A DNA stretch of 64,000 nucleotides from Huintestinicola sp. (GCA_051882475.1 JBJERW010000088.1:598-64597), one strand, 5' to 3'; shown: positions 7,224 through 17,187, counted from the stretch's first letter. Numbers and translations: made by a program. The notes: generated by a model not told the origin, from the sequence alone.

Positions 7224-10043
7224 TCACCTTATTTCAAATCGTATTGTAAAAATAGTTTTCATCTGCGTTCTGCCTATAAGCTTTTTTCGCATTTCCTCCT
7301 GCAAACGCTCATTTTCCTCTGCAATGCGGTCTTCTTCATCATATAAGTGCCTGCGTTTCTTGTCACGAAGCTTTTTCAGCTTGTTTACCTCGTCCTTTGC
7401 TTCAAGCATCTCCGCAAGGGTAGATGTCAGAGCCATTGCATTGGCAGCTTTGGTCTTTTCCTTTATTTCGTTATCAAGGTCTTTTATTTCCCGATAAAGA
7501 TTTTCTTTCAGTTCCTCGCTCCATTCGTCCAGTTTGCTGCATTCATCAAGGAAATACTTCTTGTTCTGTTCCTCAATATCTTTGAGCAGGTCGGTTTGTT
7601 TCAGAGCAGATTTTTTCTCAAGGTCATCAGGCACAGGAAGAGCGGTTTCCCTTGCATCGGAACAAAGCTCCATCATTCTCTCAACAGTATCATCGTCAAG
7701 TACAGTTCCGTCATCACATACACAGGTGTTGATAATATACTCCTGAATATCAAAGGCTTCAACGGTCAGCTTATCTACTCTCAGCCAACCCGTTCTGACA
7801 GGCATTGATTCAAAATAGCTGAATTTGCGTCCCGATGAACTGTAATAGAAGCACACTTCGGCAACAGGTAAGCTGTTTTCTACAGCATTTTCAAGCAAAC
7901 TATGAATATATGGCTCATCTTTACGCATAAAAACTTCATTGCTGCCATTGACATCACGCCAACGCAGATTATACGTAATACCGTTTGCGGATATTTCTGT
8001 ATCGCTGATAACTTGGCTGTCGGGAGCGGCATAAAGCAGAAAATAATATAGCCATGTTTCAAACCTGTTAAGGCTTGTCTTAGTCGTATCATCGGTAACT
8101 TTTAGCAGCTTGCTCACATCTTCATCGAAGTTTTCAAGAATAGACTGACGTGTGCGTGTCAGATTGCTTTCTATCTTGTCCTTATAAAGCTCCTGCAGTT
8201 CATCAAATGCAGCCTGGATTTCATCGGTGGTACGGCAGTTCTGATATATCTCGGCTATTCTTGTTTCAAAGTCGATACCGTTTTCCAGACTGCCGAGAAC
8301 TTCATCGGAAGAACCGAACAGACCATCGAACAGCTTGAATTTCTGGTCGAGCAGTTCATAAACGTGCTTGTCCGCTTCGTTATGTTCATTTACGAAGTTC
8401 AGAACCACAACATCATTTTTCTGTCCGTAACGGTGGCAGCGTCCGATTCGCTGTTCTATTCTCTGCGGATTCCAGGGCATATCATAATTGACAAGCAGGG
8501 AGCAAAACTGCAGATTGATACCCTCGGCAGCAGCTTCTGTTCCTATGAGAATACAAGCGTTATTCTTAAATTCCTCAACAATAGCAGCCTTTATATCCGC
8601 TTGACGGGAACCCGATACAATATCCTCTCCCTTATGACGTTCAAGCCAGTCACTGTATATCTTCTTTGACTTCTCATCTGAATTTGAACCGTTGAGAAAT
8701 ACAATCTTATCCGCATAACCATTATTGCTTAATAGGTTATACAGATACTCCTGTGTCCTGCGTGATTCGGTAAATATCACAGCTTTTCTCTGACCGCCAA
8801 GCTCTGATGTTCTGTCAAAGCCTTTCTTCAATGCAGTAAGAAGATTTTCTCCCTTTGCGTTGGTATTGATACGCTTTGCTAATTCTGCATATTCCTTCAA
8901 TTTGTTAAGCTCGTCGGTTATTGCCTGCCGTTCGTTGATCATATCCGCACGAACGTCATCTTCCGTTACCTCTACTTCATCAAGCAATTCGTCAAAAGAG
9001 TCATAGTCCTCAAGCTTTAGATCGGTATCAATACCGTTAAGCATATTTTCAAGGCGCAGTATCAGTGAATCAAGAGTTCCCGAAATAGCAAACGATGATG
9101 ATGCAAGCAGTTTGCGAAGTATCATTGTCATCAGCTTTCTCTGACTGTTGGGAAGCGCATATAATTTCTCTGATGCAAGGTAATTTGACACATCATTGTA
9201 TAGCTTTTCTTCGTCAGGTGACGGCTCGTATCTTGTCAATATCGCTTCACGCTTTGTATATGGTACATATTCTGTAACCTGTTTACGAAGCGTTCGCTTG
9301 CAGAATGACTGCAGCTTTGCCCTAAGAAAAACATTGCGCATCTCTTCATTTTCTACTTTTACATACTTATCTCTGAATGATTTTGCATCACTGAAAACAC
9401 GTTCATCAATTATGCTGACAAGACTATAAAGCTCCATTAAATTATTCTGGAACGGCGTAGCAGTGAGCAGAAGCTTTTTTCTGCCCGAAAGAGCGTTTTT
9501 CAATTTGTTGCCGATAACGTTGCTTGATTTATATACATTCCTTAGTCTATGGGCTTCGTCAATGATTACAAGGTCCCAGTTGACCTTTGATACGTCCAAG
9601 TCCTTTTTGGCAGCAAAATTGTATGAGCATATCACAACCCTGTCATTGCAGTCAAAAGGATTGTGGTTACCGTTTTTCTTTTCATAGTTATAGTTTTTGC
9701 TTTCAAGGATAACCGATTTTATGTAAAACTTTTCGTCCAGTTCGGAAAGCCACTGATTCCTCAAAGAAGCGGGGACAATAAGGAGAATTTTACGTTTATG
9801 CTCTGCCCAGCATTGAGCAATCACAATTCCGGCTTCAATTGTTTTTCCCAAGCCAACCTCATCTGCAAGCAATGCTCCGTTAGATAAAGGAGAATGAAAA
9901 GCAAACAATGAAGCATCAACCTGATGCGGATTTAAGTCAACCTTTGCGCTTGCTATCGTTGAAATAAGGCTGTCAATAGATGAGCTTGGTCTGTTAAGTA
10001 GTATCTGATTTGCCAGATATGAAGCGTTATATGAAGAATTCAT
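7224..10043 (-). CDS. SNF2-family helicase/ATPase, 939 aa, of the kind found upstream of type III mod-res
   Basis: LLADEVGLGKT, DEAH, LTATP, EGINLQ, WNPQRIEQRIGRCHRYGQ; C-terminal coiled coil. Confidence 0.9.
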   Translation of the reverse strand: MNSSYNASYLANQILLNRPSSSIDSLISTIASAKVDLNPHQVDASLFAFHSPLSNGALLADEVGLGKTIEAGIVIAQCWAEHKRKILLIVPASLRNQWLSELDEKFYIKSVILESKNYNYEKKNGNHNPFDCNDRVVICSYNFAAKKDLDVSKVNWDLVIIDEAHRLRNVYKSSNVIGNKLKNALSGRKKLLLTATPFQNNLMELYSLVSIIDERVFSDAKSFRDKYVKVENEEMRNVFLRAKLQSFCKRTLRKQVTEYVPYTKREAILTRYEPSPDEEKLYNDVSNYLASEKLYALPNSQRKLMTMILRKLLASSSFAISGTLDSLILRLENMLNGIDTDLKLEDYDSFDELLDEVEVTEDDVRADMINERQAITDELNKLKEYAELAKRINTNAKGENLLTALKKGFDRTSELGGQRKAVIFTESRRTQEYLYNLLSNNGYADKIVFLNGSNSDEKSKKIYSDWLERHKGEDIVSGSRQADIKAAIVEEFKNNACILIGTEAAAEGINLQFCSLLVNYDMPWNPQRIEQRIGRCHRYGQKNDVVVLNFVNEHNEADKHVYELLDQKFKLFDGLFGSSDEVLGSLENGIDFETRIAEIYQNCRTTDEIQAAFDELQELYKDKIESNLTRTRQSILENFDEDVSKLLKVTDDTTKTSLNRFETWLYYFLLYAAPDSQVISDTEISANGITYNLRWRDVNGSNEVFMRKDEPYIHSLLENAVENSLPVAEVCFYYSSSGRKFSYFESMPVRTGWLRVDKLTVEAFDIQEYIINTCVCDDGTVLDDDTVERMMELCSDARETALPVPDDLEKKSALKQTDLLKDIEEQNKKYFLDECSKLDEWSEELKENLYREIKDLDNEIKEKTKAANAMALTSTLAEMLEAKDEVNKLKKLRDKKRRHLYDEEDRIAEENERLQEEMRKKLIGRTQMKTIFTIRFEIR

Positions 10044-10385
10044 AATGAAGCACGAGTCTCCTTATATCCTAATACTTGATTATTCAATGTTATACAAAAC
10101 AACTATATTATAACATATATATTCATAAATTTCAACATTTTCAACAAAAAAAACGGATATATACGTGATATACATCACTTTCAACAATTACTATTCGATT
10201 GTTCTTTTAGTGCCTTTATAGCTTTATGATATATTTTTTATTGTTTGATAGATAAGAAAAAATTCCACTTGTTGCGATAACGCCAGTCAAAAATAAAAAA
10301 ACAGTTGATTTCGGCGTATATTTATGTTATAATAATAATGTAAAGAACGTATGTAATATTGTATTTGTATGTAGGAGGTGCAGCC

Positions 10386-10931
10386 ATGATTAATGTATAC
10401 ATCGATGAATTCACTCCGTGCCTTAAGGACGCAAAAACAGGAGAACTTGTCCAAACAGAGGTAATACAGATAAAAAGGAAGTCATTTTTAAAAAAGTACA
10501 ACAAGAAAAATGGATGGTATATAAATTGGGAGACCCTCTTGAATGAAAATGAGGTTTATGCACTTGTGGTTGAAGGCTCTGTTGACATTCAAGGACTTGT
10601 TGCAATCGCAAAAGATAACGAATCTCAGGCTGCGTATATTACATGGATGTGTACCAGTCCGGAAAACAACAAGCTTATTAGCGACAGCGTTAAATACCTA
10701 GGCGTGGGAGGTCATTTGTTTGCAATTGCGGCTCAAAAATCAATTGAATATGGATATGAAGGATTCATGTACGGATTTGCCGCCAATCAAGAGTTGTTGA
10801 ACCACTATGTTAACGTGTTTAATGCTGAATACATCGGGATACTTCACCCATATCAATTCGCCATAGATTCATCAAATGCAAAAAAGATAGTGGAGGTTTA
10901 TGATTATGAATGGACAGATGAAGAAATATAA
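10386..10931 (+). CDS. GNAT-fold acetyltransferase-like protein, 181 aa
   Basis: AGGAGG RBS; IQGLVAI strand, SPEN..KYLGVGGHLFAIA (motif A-like), LLNHY. Confidence 0.65.
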   Translation: MINVYIDEFTPCLKDAKTGELVQTEVIQIKRKSFLKKYNKKNGWYINWETLLNENEVYALVVEGSVDIQGLVAIAKDNESQAAYITWMCTSPENNKLISDSVKYLGVGGHLFAIAAQKSIEYGYEGFMYGFAANQELLNHYVNVFNAEYIGILHPYQFAIDSSNAKKIVEVYDYEWTDEEI

Positions 10932-11082
10932 TCAATCATTAAAAAGCACACCTTCTCCCATATTGTTAAGTCAAATGACAAAAAAGGTAAATATCCGAAA
11001 TCTAATGACATATGCAAAGAAAAAAGGCGTAAAAGTCGCAGATTTGTCAGAAGAGGAGAAGATGTCTTTCATAAAACAATGA
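10918..11082 (+). CDS. Small basic protein, ~54 aa; possible antitoxin/partner of the GNAT
   Basis: Start overlaps the upstream gene end; followed by terminator. Confidence 0.55.
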   Translation: MKKYNQSLKSTPSPILLSQMTKKVNIRNLMTYAKKKGVKVADLSEEEKMSFIKQ

Positions 11083-11111
11083 ATCGATCATCTCTTTGAT
11101 AAGTATGATTT

Positions 11112-11151
11112 GTCCCCCTGCTAATTTGGATCATCCATAAAGCAGGGGGAC
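11112..11151. terminator. Hairpin between convergent genes
   Basis: gtccccctgct ... agcagggggac. Confidence 0.7.
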
Positions 11152-11203
11152 TACTTTCTTAATCTTCAATAATATGGTAAAGGTTAATAATCAACAAAAA
11201 ATA

Positions 11204-13396
11204 TTACAGAGCCTTTAGATTACATTTCAGCCTGGAACCAAAAAAGGTGTTCCTATGGCTATAGTGTGTATTCAATATTGCAGTTTCAAGCGCTTCCTTC
11301 TGACCAACGATAATGACTTTCTTTTTCGCACGAGTGATACCCGTATATAGAAGATTTCTGGCCAGCATAACATTGTGAATTTTTAAGATGTCAATAATTA
11401 CCACCTCATACTCTGAACCCTGGGACTTGTGAATACTAAGAGAATAAGCATAATCAAACATTTCAAAGGCTGAGAATGGATATGTAACGATTTTTGAAGA
11501 AAAATTCACTGTGAATATTTTCTCGTTAATGCTGATACTTGTAATTCTCCCGATTTCTCCGTTTGAAGCCTCTTTTGTATTCTTGGTCTGCATAATCAGG
11601 TCTCCCTGTCTGAATATTCTGTTGCCAACCTTGACTTCCATTTTTTCCTCACTTGCATGGTTGACTAAATCATGAACTGCCTTGTTGAGCTCAGAAACGC
11701 AAACTGTAGATTTATCCTTAAAAGGGGACAGCATTGCCACTTCTTCAGGTAAATAGTCCGAAAGAGTCTGAAGGTACAAATCCTTCATCTTTTCAAGAGC
11801 TTCAACCTCAGTTTGAGCCTCAACAAACATGAAGTTATTATTGTCAAATGTGAGGTCGGTGTTTCCGACACAGATTTTAGAAGCATTTTTTGCGATAATA
11901 CCACTCCCGCCGGTTCTATATACATTTGTTAGTCTGGACACAGGAACAACACCGGAATTTATGATTTCAGAAAACACCGAACCGGGTCCAACAGACGGAA
12001 GTTGATTAGCGTCGCCTATCAAAACAAGTTTAGTCCCCGGCTTAATAGCCCTTAGCAAAGCGTCTGCTAAATGAATATCTATCATTGATGACTCATCAAC
12101 GATTACTGCATCAGCATTAAGAGAATGAATTGGTGAAGTAACAGTTCCGTCCTCTTCAGGCTTTACTGCTAATGCAGAATGTATTGTATAAGCCATGTAT
12201 TTGGTCGAATAGGTTATTCTTCTGGCCGCACAACCTGTAGGAGCAAGCATAAGAATACTTTTTCCCATACTGACAAATTCATCCGCTATACACTTTATTA
12301 TTGTCGTTTTTCCGGTACCGGGTCCACCGGTAATAACTGATACGGTGTTGTTTAGTGAGTTTTCCACTGCCAATTTCTGTTCATTTGATAATTTAATTCG
12401 ATTTCTATTTTCCCATAAACTAATACTGTTGATTGAAATCCCGGTTGATGTTTTTGCTTGGACAAGATGCGCCAGGTTTCTGGCCCCGTACATTTCCAAT
12501 CTTGCAGTTGACGCAGAATATACGATTTTTTGGCGACTATTTTTGGACTCGCCTATCATTATTCTTTTTGATTCATTCATTTTTCTCAATACTCTTTTCA
12601 TCTGAACAGTTGATACTTCTTTGCAATCCAGCATATCAGATGCCATTTTGTTAATTATAGTAACATCCCCAAATGTGTGTCCATTGGCTTCATTAGTCTT
12701 TATTGCTGCATATAAGGCTGCCTCGACTCTATCATCCGCATTTCCGGGATGGTTCATAGTTTTAGCAAAATCATCAACAACATCAAATTCAACTCCGGCG
12801 ATTTTACAAAGCTCAAATGGTGTTTTTCTGATTACATCCAATGTTTTCTCCTGATATTCATTGAATATCTTTGCTATATTCGAATAGGAAAAGCCAAATG
12901 GAGCAAGTAAATGAACGATTTCCGGTATTTCCTTATGCTCAAGATAAACCTTATGTATTGCTGATGCCTTTTTATGCGATACTCCCTTTACTTCTTCTAA
13001 TCTCTTGTAGTCATTTTCGATCACATTAATTGTATCACTTCCAAACATTTCAATTATTGCATTTGTACTTTTTGGACCTAGCCCCTTTGTACGTCTGGTA
13101 AGCAATTCGATAATGCCCTCGTCTGTATCAACAGGAAGTTCTTCAAACACGTCGGCTTTGATTTGCAAACCATATTGCTTATCCCATATCATCTGGCCGG
13201 TGATTATATAGGTGATTTTAGCTATAGGAAGCGAATCTCCAATTATTGTAACAGTATCTCCTTTTTTGAAAGGAAGGCAGTCTTCCAAAAGCATATACTT
13301 TTCTACCGCAAACCCCGGTATTGTAACATCTCCACATTTAACAGCTCTAGGATAAGTAATATTAACTAATTTTGCCTTTATAGTCACATGTTTCAT
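11204..13396 (-). CDS. recD2: RecD2-like SF1B DNA helicase, 730 aa
   Basis: HhH repeats (KGLGPK, KGVSHK), ITGGPGTGKTT, LAPTGCAA, VDESSM, GDANQLPSVGPG, HKSQGSEY, LYTGITRAK. Confidence 0.9.
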   Translation of the reverse strand: MKHVTIKAKLVNITYPRAVKCGDVTIPGFAVEKYMLLEDCLPFKKGDTVTIIGDSLPIAKITYIITGQMIWDKQYGLQIKADVFEELPVDTDEGIIELLTRRTKGLGPKSTNAIIEMFGSDTINVIENDYKRLEEVKGVSHKKASAIHKVYLEHKEIPEIVHLLAPFGFSYSNIAKIFNEYQEKTLDVIRKTPFELCKIAGVEFDVVDDFAKTMNHPGNADDRVEAALYAAIKTNEANGHTFGDVTIINKMASDMLDCKEVSTVQMKRVLRKMNESKRIMIGESKNSRQKIVYSASTARLEMYGARNLAHLVQAKTSTGISINSISLWENRNRIKLSNEQKLAVENSLNNTVSVITGGPGTGKTTIIKCIADEFVSMGKSILMLAPTGCAARRITYSTKYMAYTIHSALAVKPEEDGTVTSPIHSLNADAVIVDESSMIDIHLADALLRAIKPGTKLVLIGDANQLPSVGPGSVFSEIINSGVVPVSRLTNVYRTGGSGIIAKNASKICVGNTDLTFDNNNFMFVEAQTEVEALEKMKDLYLQTLSDYLPEEVAMLSPFKDKSTVCVSELNKAVHDLVNHASEEKMEVKVGNRIFRQGDLIMQTKNTKEASNGEIGRITSISINEKIFTVNFSSKIVTYPFSAFEMFDYAYSLSIHKSQGSEYEVVIIDILKIHNVMLARNLLYTGITRAKKKVIIVGQKEALETAILNTHYSHRNTFFGSRLKCNLKAL

Positions 13397-13629
13397 AATA
13401 ATTCATCCATCTTCTCTTCTGCTTTTCAGCCGCAATGTTTCCACGTTGGTAATTATATCAAAAAAAAATCCACCCCCAAAGATATTTGAGGGTGAAAATT
13501 CAACAATTATTATGAAACTCAAATGTGCATAATGCTAGCTTTTCTGATAATTATGTATGTAAATCCTTTGCATAAACTAATCCCATATTTTTTCACAGAG
13601 CTTTTCAAGATATTTCTTTCTGTTTCACA

Positions 13630-14112
13630 TCATTCAAAAAATTCTTCTGTGATACCATCAAAATCGTTAAAATCAAGCTCAGAATTAATCGGTTCCGACG
13701 TTCTTCTGCAACGGCTCGCTTTTCTGGCTGATTGAGAAATCTCATATTCTCTCACCGAGTATTTAGAGGTTATTCGGTTATTCAAACTGACCAGATATCC
13801 ATATTGAATTAGGAACTTCAGATTATCAGGCTTTATTGAAATGCTATCCATCTCAGACCAAAATCCATGCTTCACTGCAATCCGTTCAAGAACATTGCAC
13901 AAATCCCAAAATGCTTCCGCAGCGTTTATCTGATATTCAGATGCTTCTTGCATAAACTTTGCAAAATCAAAATCATTAGGAAACGAAAAATGGTCAACAG
14001 ATTGTTTTGTACTCATTCCTTGTCTCTTTGTCCCTAACGGATATTTTTCTTCCATTTCAGAAAAAATTGATGAATCGATACGTTCTCTGAGTGTGATTTT
14101 CTTCTTTCCCAT
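13630..14112 (-). CDS. Hypothetical protein, 160 aa
   Basis: GAGGAGG RBS; acidic C-terminus; hairpin near 13470-13495 downstream. Confidence 0.7.
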   Translation of the reverse strand: MGKKKITLRERIDSSIFSEMEEKYPLGTKRQGMSTKQSVDHFSFPNDFDFAKFMQEASEYQINAAEAFWDLCNVLERIAVKHGFWSEMDSISIKPDNLKFLIQYGYLVSLNNRITSKYSVREYEISQSARKASRCRRTSEPINSELDFNDFDGITEEFFE

Positions 14113-14326
14113 TGCAATTCCTCCTCGTATATGTTATTTTTGACCCTTTACTGTTTATTTGCACATGAATTATATCAAAGGAATGTGAGTTTACAAATAG
14201 CCGCACTTGATGATACGATATAGAAATATATATTTATTTCGGGTTCTGTAATACAATATTCAAAAGTGCGACATATCTATACGGTATAATTAAAATTGAC
14301 GATATATACATTCTTGAGGTGGAATT

Positions 14327-16096
14327 ATGGCTATATTATTTAAATGCAAAGCTTGTGGAGGTAATCTCGAAGACATTATTCCCAAATCCAGTATATACAC
14401 TTGTCAGTACTGCGGAACAACTCAAACGGTTCCCGTGTTCGATGATGAAAAGAAGCTGGCTTATTTTAATAGAGCAAATAAACTGCGTCTTAATAATGAG
14501 TTCGACAGTGCGGCCAGAATATATGAGAATATCGTAGCAGAGTTCCAAGATGAATCCGAAGCATATTGGGGACTTTGTCTTTGCAAATACGGCATTGAAT
14601 ATGTTGATGATCCTCTCACCGGCAAAAAAGTACCTACTTGCCATAGAACATCTTATACCAGTATATTTGATGACGATGACTTTGCACAAGCTCTCGAAAA
14701 CTCAAGTGGGGAAAAGAAAACACTTTATCGTAACGAGGCAAAAGAAATCGATAGGCTTCAGAAGTCAATCTTGGAAGTGGCAAGCAAAGAAGCTCCTTTT
14801 GATGTATTTATCTGCTACAAAGAGACAGATGGGTCCGGTCAGAGAACAAGGGACAGTGTTATTGCGCAGGATATATATGATGCTCTTACGGTAAAGGGAT
14901 ACAAGGTGTTCTTCTCAAGAATCACTTTGGAAGATGTTCTTGGCAAAGAATATGAGCCGTATATCTTCTCAGCACTTAATAGTTCAAAAGTCATGCTTGC
15001 TATAGGCTCTTGCTATGAATACTTTGATTCCGTATGGGTAAAGAATGAGTGGTCTAGGTTCCTTAAAATGATGCAAATGGATAAATCCAAGACACTTATA
15101 CCTTGTTACATTGATATTGACGCATACGACATGCCATCAGAGTTCAGAAATCTTCAGGGACAAGATTTATCGAAAGTTGGATGCATACAAGATCTAGTAA
15201 GAGGTGTCGGAAAACTTTTAGCGGTGCAGATATCCTCTCCTTCTCAAGTTACTTCGGGTGCTTCTATAGAATCTCTTATGACAAGAGTTGAAGATTTTCT
15301 GGTCGATAAAGAGTGGCAGCATGCAACAAGCTACTGTGAAAAAATTCTGGATATGAATCCCCGATATTCAAAAGCTTATGCGTACAAGCTCATGGCAAAT
15401 TTTAAGCTCTCCAAGATAAATCAAATTGATTACTGTCTCGAGGACTTTAGGTCCCGGGCGGATTATCGGAAGCTTGTAGAATATGCGAACGATGAGGTTA
15501 AGACAAGTATTCTTCCTCATTTTGAGAAGGCATATCAGGCCAGATGTGAGAAGGTTTATTCTGAAGCAATGCAGTTAAAGGATTCTATCGATGTTGAGAC
15601 AGTATCTCGTGCAGGAAACCTCTTTGCTTCCATACATGAATGGAAGGATGCGAATGAAAAGTACAAAGAGTGTATGCAAAGAAGACATGGTCTTATCATC
15701 ATGGAAAAAGAACAAGAAATCAGAGAGGCAAAGAAAGAACTGTCAAAAAACAGAGCATCAATGATTTTTTCAATCATTCTAGCCATTTTAACTACTGTAA
15801 CCTTTGTGGTGTTTGCTAAGTCTGATATGAATGCTGAGGAAAGCGTTCATGCATTTATTGTTTTTGCTATCACCTCTGTGGTTTGTCTTGGTGCAACCAG
15901 AGTTGGGATTATTAAGACAATCTTTGCGTCTCTATTCACTTTTGGACTTGCCGGGCTAGGATGGACTATTATTGATGCTTTTAGAAAAATAAGAAACCAT
16001 GTAGTATTTTCCGTTGCTACCTCAAAGGAAATCAAAGATATCCAAAAGAAAATCCAAATTGAAAGAGATATGATTAATGACGGGATGCTTTTTTAA
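14327..16096 (+). CDS. Zn-ribbon/TPR/TIR-domain protein with C-terminal transmembrane helices, 589 aa
   Basis: CKACGG..CQYCG; FDVFICYKETD, GYKVFFSR, WVKNEWSRF (TIR with Glu); TPR-like helices; about three hydrophobic segments near the C-terminus. Confidence 0.85.
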   Translation: MAILFKCKACGGNLEDIIPKSSIYTCQYCGTTQTVPVFDDEKKLAYFNRANKLRLNNEFDSAARIYENIVAEFQDESEAYWGLCLCKYGIEYVDDPLTGKKVPTCHRTSYTSIFDDDDFAQALENSSGEKKTLYRNEAKEIDRLQKSILEVASKEAPFDVFICYKETDGSGQRTRDSVIAQDIYDALTVKGYKVFFSRITLEDVLGKEYEPYIFSALNSSKVMLAIGSCYEYFDSVWVKNEWSRFLKMMQMDKSKTLIPCYIDIDAYDMPSEFRNLQGQDLSKVGCIQDLVRGVGKLLAVQISSPSQVTSGASIESLMTRVEDFLVDKEWQHATSYCEKILDMNPRYSKAYAYKLMANFKLSKINQIDYCLEDFRSRADYRKLVEYANDEVKTSILPHFEKAYQARCEKVYSEAMQLKDSIDVETVSRAGNLFASIHEWKDANEKYKECMQRRHGLIIMEKEQEIREAKKELSKNRASMIFSIILAILTTVTFVVFAKSDMNAEESVHAFIVFAITSVVCLGATRVGIIKTIFASLFTFGLAGLGWTIIDAFRKIRNHVVFSVATSKEIKDIQKKIQIERDMINDGMLF

Positions 16097-16263
16097 ATCA
16101 CGTTTTTCCTAATATGCGGATTTTTACACCATTGTTGTTATCAATAACTAATTTGTGATGTTTGTATTTCTTTGTTTTCATTTGACAAAAGAGCTGATAT
16201 TAAGTCTGTTATATATCATTATTCTTCCTTGACCTCGACGAAAAGGGTGTGGGCGGAGTTGCA

Positions 16264-16356
16264 ATGTGGATTGGAATTCTTTTTGTTGCCTTTGTTGTGC
16301 TTGGATATATTATTCTTGGAATTGATTACCTTATCAAAGGCAGAAAATCAAAATAG
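16264..16356 (+). CDS. 30-aa hydrophobic peptide, type I toxin-like (MWIGILFVAFVVLGYIILGIDYLIKGRKSK)
   Basis: GGAG RBS, single TM helix plus basic tail, terminator just downstream; below the ORF-track cutoff. Confidence 0.65.
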   Translation: MWIGILFVAFVVLGYIILGIDYLIKGRKSK

Positions 16357-16367
16357 TACATAAACAG

Positions 16368-16408
16368 AAGGGGCTGATACAGTGTGTGCTGCAACAGCCC
16401 CGTTTTTA
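16368..16408. terminator. Probable bidirectional terminator
   Basis: ggggctg ... cagcccc followed by gttttt; ttctgttt follows on the minus strand. Confidence 0.65.
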
Positions 16409-16512
16409 TACCTCAACGGTTTATAAATCATATTATTATCCAAATCATTTGGGTGTTTTCGTCCTCATGTTTTCAGATTCTGGTCATAAATCCGCTTTGT
16501 TGTGTTAAAAGT

Positions 16513-16541
16513 ATATTATGCGCATTTCAAAGAATTGTCAA
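16513..16541 (-). promoter_or_regulatory. Antisense sigma-A promoter facing the peptide gene
   Basis: TTGACA(16536-16541)-17-TAATAT(16513-16518). Confidence 0.55.
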
Positions 16542-16721
16542 CATTTTTGTGAAATGGCTTGAATACGTCGAGTTAACCTATTTTCAAGATTGTTCATTAA
16601 CACTTTAATAACAAATATGCGTCGTAAATGCGCATATTCATATTTTGTTAACATTTGGGCTTGCTTTATCAAGTTTACAGAAGGCTTACAATATCAATTT
16701 CTGAAAAAGGCAAAAACGGTA

Positions 16722-16750
16722 TTGACAATGGTCCGTTGTGGTGTTATAAT
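16722..16750 (+). promoter_or_regulatory. Consensus sigma-A promoter upstream of xis-int
   Basis: TTGACA-17-TATAAT with TG extension. Confidence 0.8.
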
Positions 16751-16945
16751 AATATCAACAAAAGATTATTATAGTCTTTTTTATAAAATTATCACACATT
16801 GTGAGCAATTTTTAGGAGGTCTTAGTACATCTATATATAAGAGCAATAACGAGGAAAGGAGTAATGCAGCTCAAAAATACAGATAAAATAGGATATATCT
16901 AAAATTGCCCGCTCAACGATTATTACGATGAGGAGGGTTATTTTT

Positions 16946-17176
16946 ATGTCTACAAACAATTATTCAGAAGCAATAAAGGAAGAACTCAAGTCTTACGGCA
17001 CCGTTCTTACAATAGAAGAGACGGCATCTATTCTTAAGAGGTCAAAGAATTACTGCTACAAGCTCGTAAAAGAGGGAAAGCTCCTTAAAATGAAGAACAC
17101 CCGTGGTATTAGAATCCTTACTGCATCTCTGGTGCAGTTCATCGCAAGTAGTCTTTCGGCTCAGGCCGCTGCATAA
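16946..17176 (+). CDS. xis: Excisionase-like helix-turn-helix protein, 76 aa
   Basis: VLTIEETASILKRSKNYCYKLVKEGKL...RI pattern; directly upstream of integrase. Confidence 0.8.
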   Translation: MSTNNYSEAIKEELKSYGTVLTIEETASILKRSKNYCYKLVKEGKLLKMKNTRGIRILTASLVQFIASSLSAQAAA

Positions 17177-17187
17177 GGAGGGATTCA

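Noticed and set aside
7224-10043. DISARM or BREX assignment for the SNF2 helicase
   Set aside because: No DrmA/B/C, PglZ or BrxC-like genes; neighbours are type III mod/res fragments
14327-16096. Thoeris or CBASS system
   Set aside because: No ThsA (SIR2/Macro) or cyclase gene nearby
16172-16363. 63-aa ORF from the track
   Set aside because: TTG start without RBS; the 30-aa ORF in another frame has an RBS and a coherent TM profile
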